Shown in pieces: positions 35,445 to 44,298 of a DNA stretch of 64,000 nt. Position numbers and translations under genes: made by a program. The stretch covers positions 18,650-82,649 of the forward strand of contig DBKT01000011.1 of the NCBI GenBank assembly GCA_002297365.1. Reading direction: 5' to 3'. This stretch comes from Bacillales bacterium UBA743. Its GTDB lineage: Bacteria; Bacillota_I; Bacilli_A; RFN20; CAG-826. Position 1 is the stretch's first letter; every line of letters begins with the position of its first letter. A model generated the notes under the pieces. That model was not told the DNA's origin. It saw only the letters and a program-made list of their open reading frames with translations, and searched no databases.

Positions 35445-37259
35445 ATGGAGAAAACAGAAAAACACAATTTCTTCGATAAGCCCATTTTCAGGACGAAGAT
35501 CAAATCCGCAAACGTCAAGCTCTTCCCTGAGGCGGGCTTAGGCTATCTTCTTGGGCCGATCCTTGCTTTAATGAGCAACGGCGTCGTAAACGTATGGCTC
35601 GTCCAATATTGGGACAAAGTCTTGCTTTTAGGGGATTGGAATCCTCTTTTCCAGACGCTATTGCCAATTGTCTCTGCCATATTCGTCGTAATTGGCAACC
35701 TTCTTGTCGGCCATTTAATGGAAAGGAAGCCAAGCATTGTCGGAAAGGCAAGGCCGCTTATCTTGTTGGGCATGCCTCTTATCGCCATTGCTTTGCTGGT
35801 TCTTTTCCTTGTCCCTCTCCCGACAGGGGCTGGAGGAGAGGCCTCTAATCTTCTTGCCTCTATCCTTGTTGCGGTTGGCTATAACCTCTACTACGCCTTA
35901 GCCTGGCCAATCTACTACACATCCCACTCTGCTCTTGTGAATCTCTCCACCCGTGATGGTTCAAAGAGAAATCTTCTCTCCACTTGCATTATGGCCGCCC
36001 AGCTTGGCGCTGCAGGACTTGCGGGCATGGCTGGAGGATTCTTAGTCGACCTCATTGGCCTTCTCCCCGTTTATCAATATGGCGTCAAAGCCGATGGTTC
36101 GCCTTTGACGACCAACATCCTTGAAGAAGCAAATTCTTTAGCGAACGGCTTCGAAGTGAAAACCCTAATTTCCCCAGAAAAGGCCAACAGCAAATGGACC
36201 ATCCTTATGGTTGTCATGATTGTCTGTTTGGTAATCGGCTGTTTGCTTGAGTTCTATTTCACCCGTGAAAGAATCACAGAAGAGAACGTCAAAAACGCAG
36301 CCGTCAAGGAAGACGAAGAACTTGCGAAGGTAGAGAAAACCTCGATGAAGGAGCAAATCAAAATCTGTTCTCGCGATAAATATTGGTGGCTCATCATCAT
36401 TTTCTTCTTCCTTTATCAATTTGGCGGCCAAATGAAGAACAACGATCTTTCTTTCTATTCCCAAGCGATGACTGGCGAGAATAAATTATCTTCCACCATT
36501 AATACCGTTGGAGCCATTCCAACAGCACTTGGGATGCTTATCGTTTGGCCAATCGCCAAGAAATTAACGAAGTCCAAAACAATCAGCTTGGGTGCCCTCT
36601 TAGCCGTTATTGGCGGAGCCATCGCCTTTGTTGCTTTGATTCCTTCCATCGGAAACAATGATGGCGCGGTTTGGGGATTATCCATCGCTTCCTTTGTCGT
36701 GAAAGCCTTAGGAACCGCCCCCGCTATGTATATCTCCCTTGCGTTATTGGCTAACGTCTTAGACCATCAAGAAGCCGTTTATGGCAAGAGGACCGATGGA
36801 TTCACGATGGCAGTATACGGCTCTATCATGGTTTGCATGTCCGGTATCTGCAATGGCATCATCGCCGGCATTAACACGGCCGCGAAAAGCTCTGGCATGG
36901 ATTTGAAACTCGTCAACACAATCCTCGGCTATGGCGTGGAGTCCGCTTGTTATCTCTTAATGGGCATCATGTTCCTCTTCATGAACGTTGAGAAGTTCAC
37001 CAAAGAAGATCAAATCAAGATTCTTGAAGATCAAAAAGCGGCTTGCCTTGCCCGTGGCGAAGAATGGATCGATCCACAAACCAGAATGGAAATGGAAGAA
37101 AAAGAAACAGCTCGTCAAATCGAAGAAGCGCGTATTAAAGAATTAAAGGAAAAATGCGCTAAAAAGGGCTGGAATTTCGAAGAGAAAGAAGCGGAATATC
37201 AGGCCAAAAAAGCCAAAATGGAAGCGAAGAAAGCCGCTAAAAAGAAAGGAAAACAATGA
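35445..37259 (+). CDS. GPH/MFS-family glycoside (probably glucuronide) transporter with a Lys/Glu-rich C-terminal tail
   Basis: 12 predicted TM helices. Lies in the glucuronide locus, immediately upstream of and overlapping the GH2 gene. Confidence 0.7.
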   Translation: MEKTEKHNFFDKPIFRTKIKSANVKLFPEAGLGYLLGPILALMSNGVVNVWLVQYWDKVLLLGDWNPLFQTLLPIVSAIFVVIGNLLVGHLMERKPSIVGKARPLILLGMPLIAIALLVLFLVPLPTGAGGEASNLLASILVAVGYNLYYALAWPIYYTSHSALVNLSTRDGSKRNLLSTCIMAAQLGAAGLAGMAGGFLVDLIGLLPVYQYGVKADGSPLTTNILEEANSLANGFEVKTLISPEKANSKWTILMVVMIVCLVIGCLLEFYFTRERITEENVKNAAVKEDEELAKVEKTSMKEQIKICSRDKYWWLIIIFFFLYQFGGQMKNNDLSFYSQAMTGENKLSSTINTVGAIPTALGMLIVWPIAKKLTKSKTISLGALLAVIGGAIAFVALIPSIGNNDGAVWGLSIASFVVKALGTAPAMYISLALLANVLDHQEAVYGKRTDGFTMAVYGSIMVCMSGICNGIIAGINTAAKSSGMDLKLVNTILGYGVESACYLLMGIMFLFMNVEKFTKEDQIKILEDQKAACLARGEEWIDPQTRMEMEEKETARQIEEARIKELKEKCAKKGWNFEEKEAEYQAKKAKMEAKKAAKKKGKQ

Positions 37260-39169
37260 GAAAATCCATATTATTGAATGAGGATTGGACATTTCAAATC
37301 GCCTCTCGTCCAGAAGAGCATATTTCCCTTCCGCATACGTGGAATGGGGAAGATGGGCAAGATGGCGGCAACGACTATTTAAGAGATGTTGGCACCTATG
37401 CCAAACATTTCCATAAACCCGAAATCAAAGAGGAAGACGTTTATCTTCAATTTGATGCCGTCAATTCTCTTTGCGATGTCATTCTAAACGGCGAGAACAT
37501 TTTCCATCACGAAGGTGGCTATTCCCGTTTCATTGTGAAAATCACCGATTATCTGAAAGATGAGAACGAGCTTATCGTCAAAGTAGACAACCGATCCTAT
37601 GCTCGTATATATCCAGATGCCGCCGATTTCACCTTCTATGGCGGGATTTACCGCGATGTCAATCTTTTGATCCTTCCAAAGGAGCACTTTGAGTTCCAAA
37701 AAGACTCATCTCCCGCTTTGAAATGCTTCCCATCCGTCAAAGATGGCAAAGCCACCTTGCGTGTCGAAGCGAAGGCTAACACAAATGACGAAATCGCCAT
37801 TGAGCTCTTAGACAAAGAAGGAAACATCATCGTAAAGGGCAAGCCGAACGAAGAAATCGCCATACCTGACGTTCATTTATGGAATGGCTTAAAGGATCCA
37901 TATTTGTATACCGTCAAAGGGAAGCTTATAAGAGAAGGAAAACTTCTCGATGAAGTCACTAGCAAAGTTGGTTTCCGTTTCTTCAAAGTGGACCCTAAGA
38001 AAGGCTTCTTCTTAAATGGCAAGCCATATCCATTAAGAGGGGTGGCAAAGCATCAAGACCGCCCACGCGTTGGCAACGCCATTAGCAAAGCCGACATGGA
38101 TGAAGACATGAAGTTAGTCAAAGAGATTGGTGCCAACACTCTTCGCCTTTCCCATTATCAGCATGATCAGTATTTCTACGATCTCTGTGATGAAAACGGC
38201 ATCGTCGTTTGGTCGGAAATCCCTTATATCTCCAAATACTCCAAAGCAGCGGATTCGAATGCCAGAAGCCAATTAGACGAACTTATCCATCAATGTTTCA
38301 ACCATCCATCGATTATCTGCTGGGGCATTTCCAACGAAATCACCATGTTCCGCAAGCAATTCGGCAAAGATTGCAGAGCCAACCATAAAGAATTAAACGA
38401 GCACGCCCATCAAGAAGACCCATCAAGAATAACGGGCGTGGCTTGTTTCTCCATGATGACGATCTTCAATCGCGTTGCCCATATCACCGATATTGCCTCC
38501 TATAACTTATATTGGGGATGGTACGTGCCATTTACCCCCGTCACGGGATGGATATTGGATTGGTGGCACTTCTTCTATCCGCACGGCCCAATCGGACTTA
38601 GTGAATATGGTGCGGAAGGCATGCCAAATCTCCACTCCTCTCACCCAAAAAGATTCGATAACACAGAGGAGTATCAAGCAGAGTATCACGAGAAGATGCT
38701 CAAATGTTTCGAAAAGAGGCCTTATCTTTGGGCCACGCACGTCTGGAATATGTTTGATTTCGGAAGCGATGGGAGAAACCAAGGCGGAGAAAAAGGAATC
38801 AACCATAAGGGCTTAGTCACCTTTGACCGCAAGACAAGGAAAGACGCTTTCTATATCTATAAAGCCTATTGGAGCGAAGATCCATTCGTCCACATCTGCT
38901 CAAAACGTTATGTGAACCGCACCGATAAAAAAGCCGTCATCAAAATCTATTCCAATCAGAATGAGGTCACTCTTTATAATAACGGCAAGAAAATCGGAAC
39001 AAAGAAAGGAAAGAAAATCTTTAAATTCAAGATTGCCTTGGAGGCCGTAAACGAAATCAAAGCGGTCTCTGGCAACCTGAAAGATTCCGCAAAGATCATC
39101 CGCGTGAAAGAAAAAGACAAGAGCTACATCTTGCCAAAAGGCGGAAACAATCTGTCTTGGCAAAAATAG
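37256..39169 (+). CDS. uidA: GH2 beta-glucuronidase
   Basis: Blocks closely match E. coli GUS: LQFDAVNSLCDVILNGENIFHHEGGY, NHPSIICWGISNEI for the acid/base Glu region, NLYWGWYV, and GLSEYGAEG for the nucleophile region. 637 aa. Hexuronate catabolic context. Confidence 0.75.
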   Translation: MRKSILLNEDWTFQIASRPEEHISLPHTWNGEDGQDGGNDYLRDVGTYAKHFHKPEIKEEDVYLQFDAVNSLCDVILNGENIFHHEGGYSRFIVKITDYLKDENELIVKVDNRSYARIYPDAADFTFYGGIYRDVNLLILPKEHFEFQKDSSPALKCFPSVKDGKATLRVEAKANTNDEIAIELLDKEGNIIVKGKPNEEIAIPDVHLWNGLKDPYLYTVKGKLIREGKLLDEVTSKVGFRFFKVDPKKGFFLNGKPYPLRGVAKHQDRPRVGNAISKADMDEDMKLVKEIGANTLRLSHYQHDQYFYDLCDENGIVVWSEIPYISKYSKAADSNARSQLDELIHQCFNHPSIICWGISNEITMFRKQFGKDCRANHKELNEHAHQEDPSRITGVACFSMMTIFNRVAHITDIASYNLYWGWYVPFTPVTGWILDWWHFFYPHGPIGLSEYGAEGMPNLHSSHPKRFDNTEEYQAEYHEKMLKCFEKRPYLWATHVWNMFDFGSDGRNQGGEKGINHKGLVTFDRKTRKDAFYIYKAYWSEDPFVHICSKRYVNRTDKKAVIKIYSNQNEVTLYNNGKKIGTKKGKKIFKFKIALEAVNEIKAVSGNLKDSAKIIRVKEKDKSYILPKGGNNLSWQK

Positions 39170-39318
39170 CAAAGATATGATGCGAAAAAGGGTTTCCTTG
39201 ATGGAAATCCTTTTTTCTTTACCGATTTATCGAGAAATGCAAACAATAAATGATTTTGCAATGTTTCCTTAATTTATTTGCAATTGGTTTTCCTGTTTCA
39301 GGGACTAAAATCATATCA

Positions 39319-39332
39319 TGTAAGCGCTTTTA
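39319..39332. promoter_or_regulatory. cre-like site TGTAAGCGCTTTTA upstream of the 39395 gene. Two TTTGCAAT motifs lie at 39255-39262 and 39277-39284.
   Basis: 13 of 14 positions match the CcpA cre consensus. Confidence 0.4.
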
Positions 39333-39394
39333 TCGTCACGATACACAGCAAACTACACATACATATGGCTCGTTTGGCATTTTTAGGAGGTAAT

Positions 39395-40534
39395 ATGAGC
39401 ACACCAGAAAAAGAAAATGCTAAAACCAAGGTGGGATTAGAGAAAATTCTCAAAATCTCCATTCCTTGCGTTTTGGCAATCGGCTTCCTTGGTTCAATCC
39501 TTGGCGTCATTTTGACTAGTCCCGAGTTGAAAAACGATGAAGAGGGAACAAACGTCACCAAAGGACTTCTTCGCGTGAATCAAGCCGAATACCGCACCCA
39601 ATATTTTGCGGGCGAACACTTCAGTTTCAACAAAGAAACCGCCTTAGTCACGTTGGTTGCTAAGGACCCGCTTATCGAAGACATAGTCAAAGTCGATAAT
39701 TTGCCTGCGCCGGAATATGGTTTCGTTGTCGGGAAAACCATGGATGAGAACGGGAATCTCGTTTATGAAAGCGAGCTTGCTAGCGAAAGTCAAATCATAA
39801 CAAGCCAAGAAAACTCTTCTCAAGAAGACGTTTCTTCCTCTGAAACGCATAAATACACGACCGTTTATTCCGAATTCGTTTTAGACCCCGCGGAAATAAT
39901 CATGGAAAAGAACATGGGAACCGTCTATCTTGTTTCCAAAAGATATTCCGATCTGCGCTATCCATTAAGCACAAAGGTCTATAGCGCCTTAACGGAAGAA
40001 AATTTAACCAATGACGTAACCTTAGAGGCAGAAAGCGCGGATCTTTATCAAGACGATAAGCTCCTTTCTTATGAAGAAAAAGTAAGCAAATCCTTGCTTA
40101 GCAACGTCGGAAACAACCCTCTAAGCGAAGAGCAGGCCGCTAAATTGTCTCAGGGCGCATGTCTAAGAAATTTTAATGCCAATAATATGAAAGTGGATTT
40201 CATTGTCCCTGCTAGCAAAGATTGCGAAGTCACGATTGAGGTAGATTTCTGCGCCAGGCCAAAAGGCGGGCTCTTCTCTAGTTTCTTCCAGGTTTCCGTT
40301 AATGATGAGGCTTGTGAGCCAATCAACAACCAAAACGTTCCGGACGGAGAAGCGAAGCAATATTTCAACCCGGCAAAGCTGACCCCTGTTGCCATTTCAT
40401 TAAAAGAAGGCTTCAACCATATCACTTTCGTAAGCGGTGCCAAAGTAGGCACAGGCAGTCCCTTTAATCTAGATGCGATTCATCTAACTGCATCGGATGA
40501 TTGCATCAGCAGCCTTGCTGCTTTGGAAAAATAG
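39395..40534 (+). CDS. Hypothetical N-terminally membrane-anchored extracellular protein with a C-terminal beta-sandwich (CBM-like?) domain
   Basis: ATG at 39395 with perfect RBS TAGGAGG. TM ISIPCVLAIGFLGSILGVIL. Confidence 0.5.
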   Translation: MSTPEKENAKTKVGLEKILKISIPCVLAIGFLGSILGVILTSPELKNDEEGTNVTKGLLRVNQAEYRTQYFAGEHFSFNKETALVTLVAKDPLIEDIVKVDNLPAPEYGFVVGKTMDENGNLVYESELASESQIITSQENSSQEDVSSSETHKYTTVYSEFVLDPAEIIMEKNMGTVYLVSKRYSDLRYPLSTKVYSALTEENLTNDVTLEAESADLYQDDKLLSYEEKVSKSLLSNVGNNPLSEEQAAKLSQGACLRNFNANNMKVDFIVPASKDCEVTIEVDFCARPKGGLFSSFFQVSVNDEACEPINNQNVPDGEAKQYFNPAKLTPVAISLKEGFNHITFVSGAKVGTGSPFNLDAIHLTASDDCISSLAALEK

Positions 40535-40544
40535 GAGAATCCAT

Positions 40545-41039
40545 ATGAAGAATTTCTTTCAAAAACTCGCTGATTACTATCTCCATCTCCTAAAGAACAA
40601 ACGCGCGGGATTCTATCTTTGCGCCCTTACGGCTGTTTTGATGATCCTACAAGCCGCCGTCTACTCGATGGCGCCTAGCGAAGTCTTCAATTCCCTTGGC
40701 GTCACCTTAAGCGTCGTTGGCATCGTCTTATTTGTCGTTTTTTCTTTCTCCGTCAAGCAACTCGAAATCCTTGCGCCCGTTTCTTTGATGGTCATCAATT
40801 TCTCTTGTCTTGTCGCCTACGCTAAAGCAGACGACCTTCTTGACTATTTCTCCACTCAATTCTTTTCCGGTTTCTCTTTAAAGACCTTATTCTCTCTTCC
40901 CATCGGAGTTTGGCTGCCCATCATTCTTTTCCTTGCGAATTTCATCTTCTCTTCCGTCGCGATGTATTTGCCGCAAAGCAAAAAAGAGAGTGAGGAAAAG
41001 GCAAACAGAGCCCTTTCTGAAGGAGGTAACAACCAATGA
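40545..41039 (+). CDS. Small polytopic membrane protein
   Basis: ATG at 40545 with RBS AGGAGAA. Four hydrophobic segments. ATGA-coupled to the GH3 gene. Confidence 0.45.
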   Translation: MKNFFQKLADYYLHLLKNKRAGFYLCALTAVLMILQAAVYSMAPSEVFNSLGVTLSVVGIVLFVVFSFSVKQLEILAPVSLMVINFSCLVAYAKADDLLDYFSTQFFSGFSLKTLFSLPIGVWLPIILFLANFIFSSVAMYLPQSKKESEEKANRALSEGGNNQ

Positions 41040-44000
41040 AAAAATTTAAACGCACATTCACCGCTTCCAAGATTGTTTTCCACGTGGCTTTCGTCGCATA
41101 TTCTTTAGCAAGCGTGGCTACCCCTATCCTTTTAGGAAACGCAAGCATCATCAATACCACCTTAGGCATCAAAACAACCGAAGGGAATGCTTCCACAGCC
41201 GAAGGGAACATGTATTTCAACACCAAATTCAAGAGCATGGCAGAAGTCCATCAAGCATCATTGGATATCATCGATGAAACGTTGAAAGAAGGTACGGTTC
41301 TCCTTAAAAACGAAAATCACGCTCTTCCTTTGGCAAAAGAAAGCACCGTCAATATGTATGGTGCCGCATCTTATTATTCCGTCCACACCGGAGAAGGCTC
41401 CTCTGGATGCAATAAAGGCCAAGTCGTGAACAAGAGAGTCACTCTTTATGAAGGACTCACCAATGCTGGTTTGAAGGTCAACAGTTCCCTTAACGATTGG
41501 TATAAAGAACAAGGCAGCTCCAGCTTAGGAGACAATAACAACAAGCATTTCATGGGGCATGGCGACCAAGAAAGCCAGATGGTCGTCAAAGATATCGCCT
41601 GGGATTCCATCGATAACGCCAAAAATGATGAGGCGGATACCGCCATCTTTGTAATCGCTAGAAACTCTGGCGAAGCGATTGATATGTATATGGACACTAC
41701 CATGGAGGATGGCTCAAGAACAATCGTTTCCAGAGATCACAACGGCGATCCGAATGGCTCGGTTGGAGATTCTTTGGTTTTAAGCGAGAACGAAAGGAAT
41801 GTCCTAAGCAATCTCAAAATCTTGAAAGATACCGGAAAAGTCAAAAAAATCGTTGTCCTATTGAACTTAGCAAGCCCAATGCAAGGAGCCTTCCTGGAAG
41901 AGGAAAACCTTGGCATTGACGCCTGTATGTGGATTGGCCACTTGGCAGAAAATGGCGCTAATGCCGTAGGGAAGCTCTTGACTGGCGAATATAACCCGAG
42001 TGGCAAATTGACCGACACCTATTTCTCCGAGAGCAAATACAATCCCGTCTATTACAACTTCGGCAGCATGAAATACGAAGACGCCGACACCTATCTAAAG
42101 AAATATTTCAAGACAAGGGATGCTTATAACAATCTCTATTATGTCGCTTATCAAGAGGGTATTTATAACGGCTACAAATATACCGAAACAAGATATGAGG
42201 ACGAAGTAACGAATCGTAGCAATGTCGGAGACTTCGATTATAAAGAAGCGGTCTCTTTCCCGTTTGGATATGGCCTTTCCTATTCCAGTTTCGAATACTC
42301 GAATATGAATGTCGATTATGATGCAAAGAAAGACGAATACACCGTTACTCTCGACGTGGAAAACACCTCTGACATCGATGGTAAGGAAGCAGTCCAAGTC
42401 TATTTGCAAAAACCATATACAGACAAAGACATTCAAAACGGAATCGAAAAAGCTTCCGTTGAATTAGTCGGCTTTGACAAAGTCGAAGTTCCTGCTCATG
42501 AAAAAAAGAAGGCAACCATCAAAATAAAAGGCAAATATCTCGCCTCATATGATGCCAATTACGAAAAGACGTACGTGATTGGATCGGATAATAAAAACGA
42601 CAAGTATCTTCTTACGGCCGCGAAAGATTCCCATGATGCCATTAACAACATTCTGAAATGGAAGGCGAACAATGGCGTGGCCATTCAATCTGAAAAAATG
42701 ACCTCTCTCCCAGAGAGGGGTATGGGCGAGGCCTCTTTGGTTTATAGCAAATATCTTGCCTATGATAACGTCACTTATTCCACAAACGCCTTCATCGAAG
42801 AGCAAAACGCCACTTTGAAACCACGCTACAACGGGGAGAAAGTCAATTGGGGCGTAAACAAAATCACCAATCAATTCGATGACGTAGACTACACTAAGGC
42901 CAATCTATTCAATCAAGAGGAAACTTCTCAACCCTACACCACCCGTAACAACTGGAAAGACACGCTGGGCAAGAGAATCACTTTAAGTGCTTCTAAAGCA
43001 TTGGCCGAAGCGCAAAAGAGCGAAAAAGTCGAAAAAGACAGCATCCCATATCCGGTCTATGACGAAATCGGCTTCTATGAGACGGCCGACACTTTCGATG
43101 AAATCAAATTGATTTATCTAAAAGGCAAAGATTATAACGATTCCCTTTGGGATACCCTTTTAGACCGCGTTTCCTTCGAAGAAACCTGCGCCGTCTTGCA
43201 GGATGCGCTTCGTTATACCAATGGGGTGGATTCCATTTCCGCGCCCAAGAGCTCCCAGCAAAATGGCGCAGTCGGCCCAGTTCATTCCAGAACGGATGGC
43301 AATATCCCTGAGCAAAACGCTTTCCGTGGCTTTGCCGAACTTCTGGATAACGAGCACAAAGACGAATTCCCTGCCGTTTTCCCTTCTAATGCCACAGTAG
43401 GCGCGACATACAATATCGATCTGATTGAGAGACTAGGCGAGCAAACTGGCGAAGAAGCTGCTTGGGCTGGTTTTAATGGCATTTATGGCTTAGGGGTGAA
43501 TATTCACCGTGGCGCCTATTGCGGAAGAACTTTCGAATATTATTCCGAAGATGGCTTTTTAACGGGCGTTGCCGCTGGGTATGAAGCAGTCGGCCTTCAT
43601 AAGAAAGGCGTCTTCGTTATTGCGAAACACGCCGTTTTGAACGATCAAGAAACAAGACGAGCCGGCCTAAACGTTTGGGCTAATGAGCAAACGATTCGTG
43701 AAATCTATTCCAGAGCCTTGGAAGTTGCGATTGAAATTGACCGCGAATATACGCCTAACAGCGTCTTCGGAGTCATGACGGGCATGAATCGCCTTGGCGC
43801 AAAGTGGACGGGCGCGCAGGGTTTCTGCAATACCGTTTTGAAAGCGGAATACGGCATGAGGGGCTACGCTATCTCAGACTATAATTCATCCCGTCTTTAT
43901 ATGAGCCCGATCCAAGGCGTTTTGAATGGAAACGACCTTCCCGATGGTCAACCAGCCGGCGCCAAGGGCGGATACGACGATGATGGAAATGACATTCGTT

Positions 44001-44284
44001 TCTCTTCCTATTCCGTCGGATACGGAAAATTAGCTTGGGCCATGCGCGATTCATTGAAAGCCACCCTTTATACGGTTGTCAATTCCAACGCAATGAATGG
44101 CATTAGCGCCGACTCTTCCTTCCGCACGATCACCCCGACTTGGGAAAGGGTTTTGCCAATCGTTACGAGAGTGACGATGACCGTCTTTATTTGGTCTGCC
44201 GTCCTCTTTGGCTGCCTTTATCTTTACAACGTCTCTCTGGATGTCGTTAACTCCTTAAATTTAAAGAAAAAGGAAGATAAATAA
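41036..44284 (+). CDS. GH3 family glycosidase, 1082 aa, with N-terminal signal anchor and C-terminal TM anchor and apparently reversed domain order
   Basis: The C-domain-like TVLLKNENHALPLAKESTVNMYGAAS comes early. The barrel motifs GRTFEYYSEDGFL...KHAVLNDQE and GYAISDY are located late. C-terminal TM FIWSAVLFGCLYLY. Confidence 0.75.
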   Translation: MKKFKRTFTASKIVFHVAFVAYSLASVATPILLGNASIINTTLGIKTTEGNASTAEGNMYFNTKFKSMAEVHQASLDIIDETLKEGTVLLKNENHALPLAKESTVNMYGAASYYSVHTGEGSSGCNKGQVVNKRVTLYEGLTNAGLKVNSSLNDWYKEQGSSSLGDNNNKHFMGHGDQESQMVVKDIAWDSIDNAKNDEADTAIFVIARNSGEAIDMYMDTTMEDGSRTIVSRDHNGDPNGSVGDSLVLSENERNVLSNLKILKDTGKVKKIVVLLNLASPMQGAFLEEENLGIDACMWIGHLAENGANAVGKLLTGEYNPSGKLTDTYFSESKYNPVYYNFGSMKYEDADTYLKKYFKTRDAYNNLYYVAYQEGIYNGYKYTETRYEDEVTNRSNVGDFDYKEAVSFPFGYGLSYSSFEYSNMNVDYDAKKDEYTVTLDVENTSDIDGKEAVQVYLQKPYTDKDIQNGIEKASVELVGFDKVEVPAHEKKKATIKIKGKYLASYDANYEKTYVIGSDNKNDKYLLTAAKDSHDAINNILKWKANNGVAIQSEKMTSLPERGMGEASLVYSKYLAYDNVTYSTNAFIEEQNATLKPRYNGEKVNWGVNKITNQFDDVDYTKANLFNQEETSQPYTTRNNWKDTLGKRITLSASKALAEAQKSEKVEKDSIPYPVYDEIGFYETADTFDEIKLIYLKGKDYNDSLWDTLLDRVSFEETCAVLQDALRYTNGVDSISAPKSSQQNGAVGPVHSRTDGNIPEQNAFRGFAELLDNEHKDEFPAVFPSNATVGATYNIDLIERLGEQTGEEAAWAGFNGIYGLGVNIHRGAYCGRTFEYYSEDGFLTGVAAGYEAVGLHKKGVFVIAKHAVLNDQETRRAGLNVWANEQTIREIYSRALEVAIEIDREYTPNSVFGVMTGMNRLGAKWTGAQGFCNTVLKAEYGMRGYAISDYNSSRLYMSPIQGVLNGNDLPDGQPAGAKGGYDDDGNDIRFSSYSVGYGKLAWAMRDSLKATLYTVVNSNAMNGISADSSFRTITPTWERVLPIVTRVTMTVFIWSAVLFGCLYLYNVSLDVVNSLNLKKKEDK

Positions 44285-44298
44285 TCGAGGAACATTCT

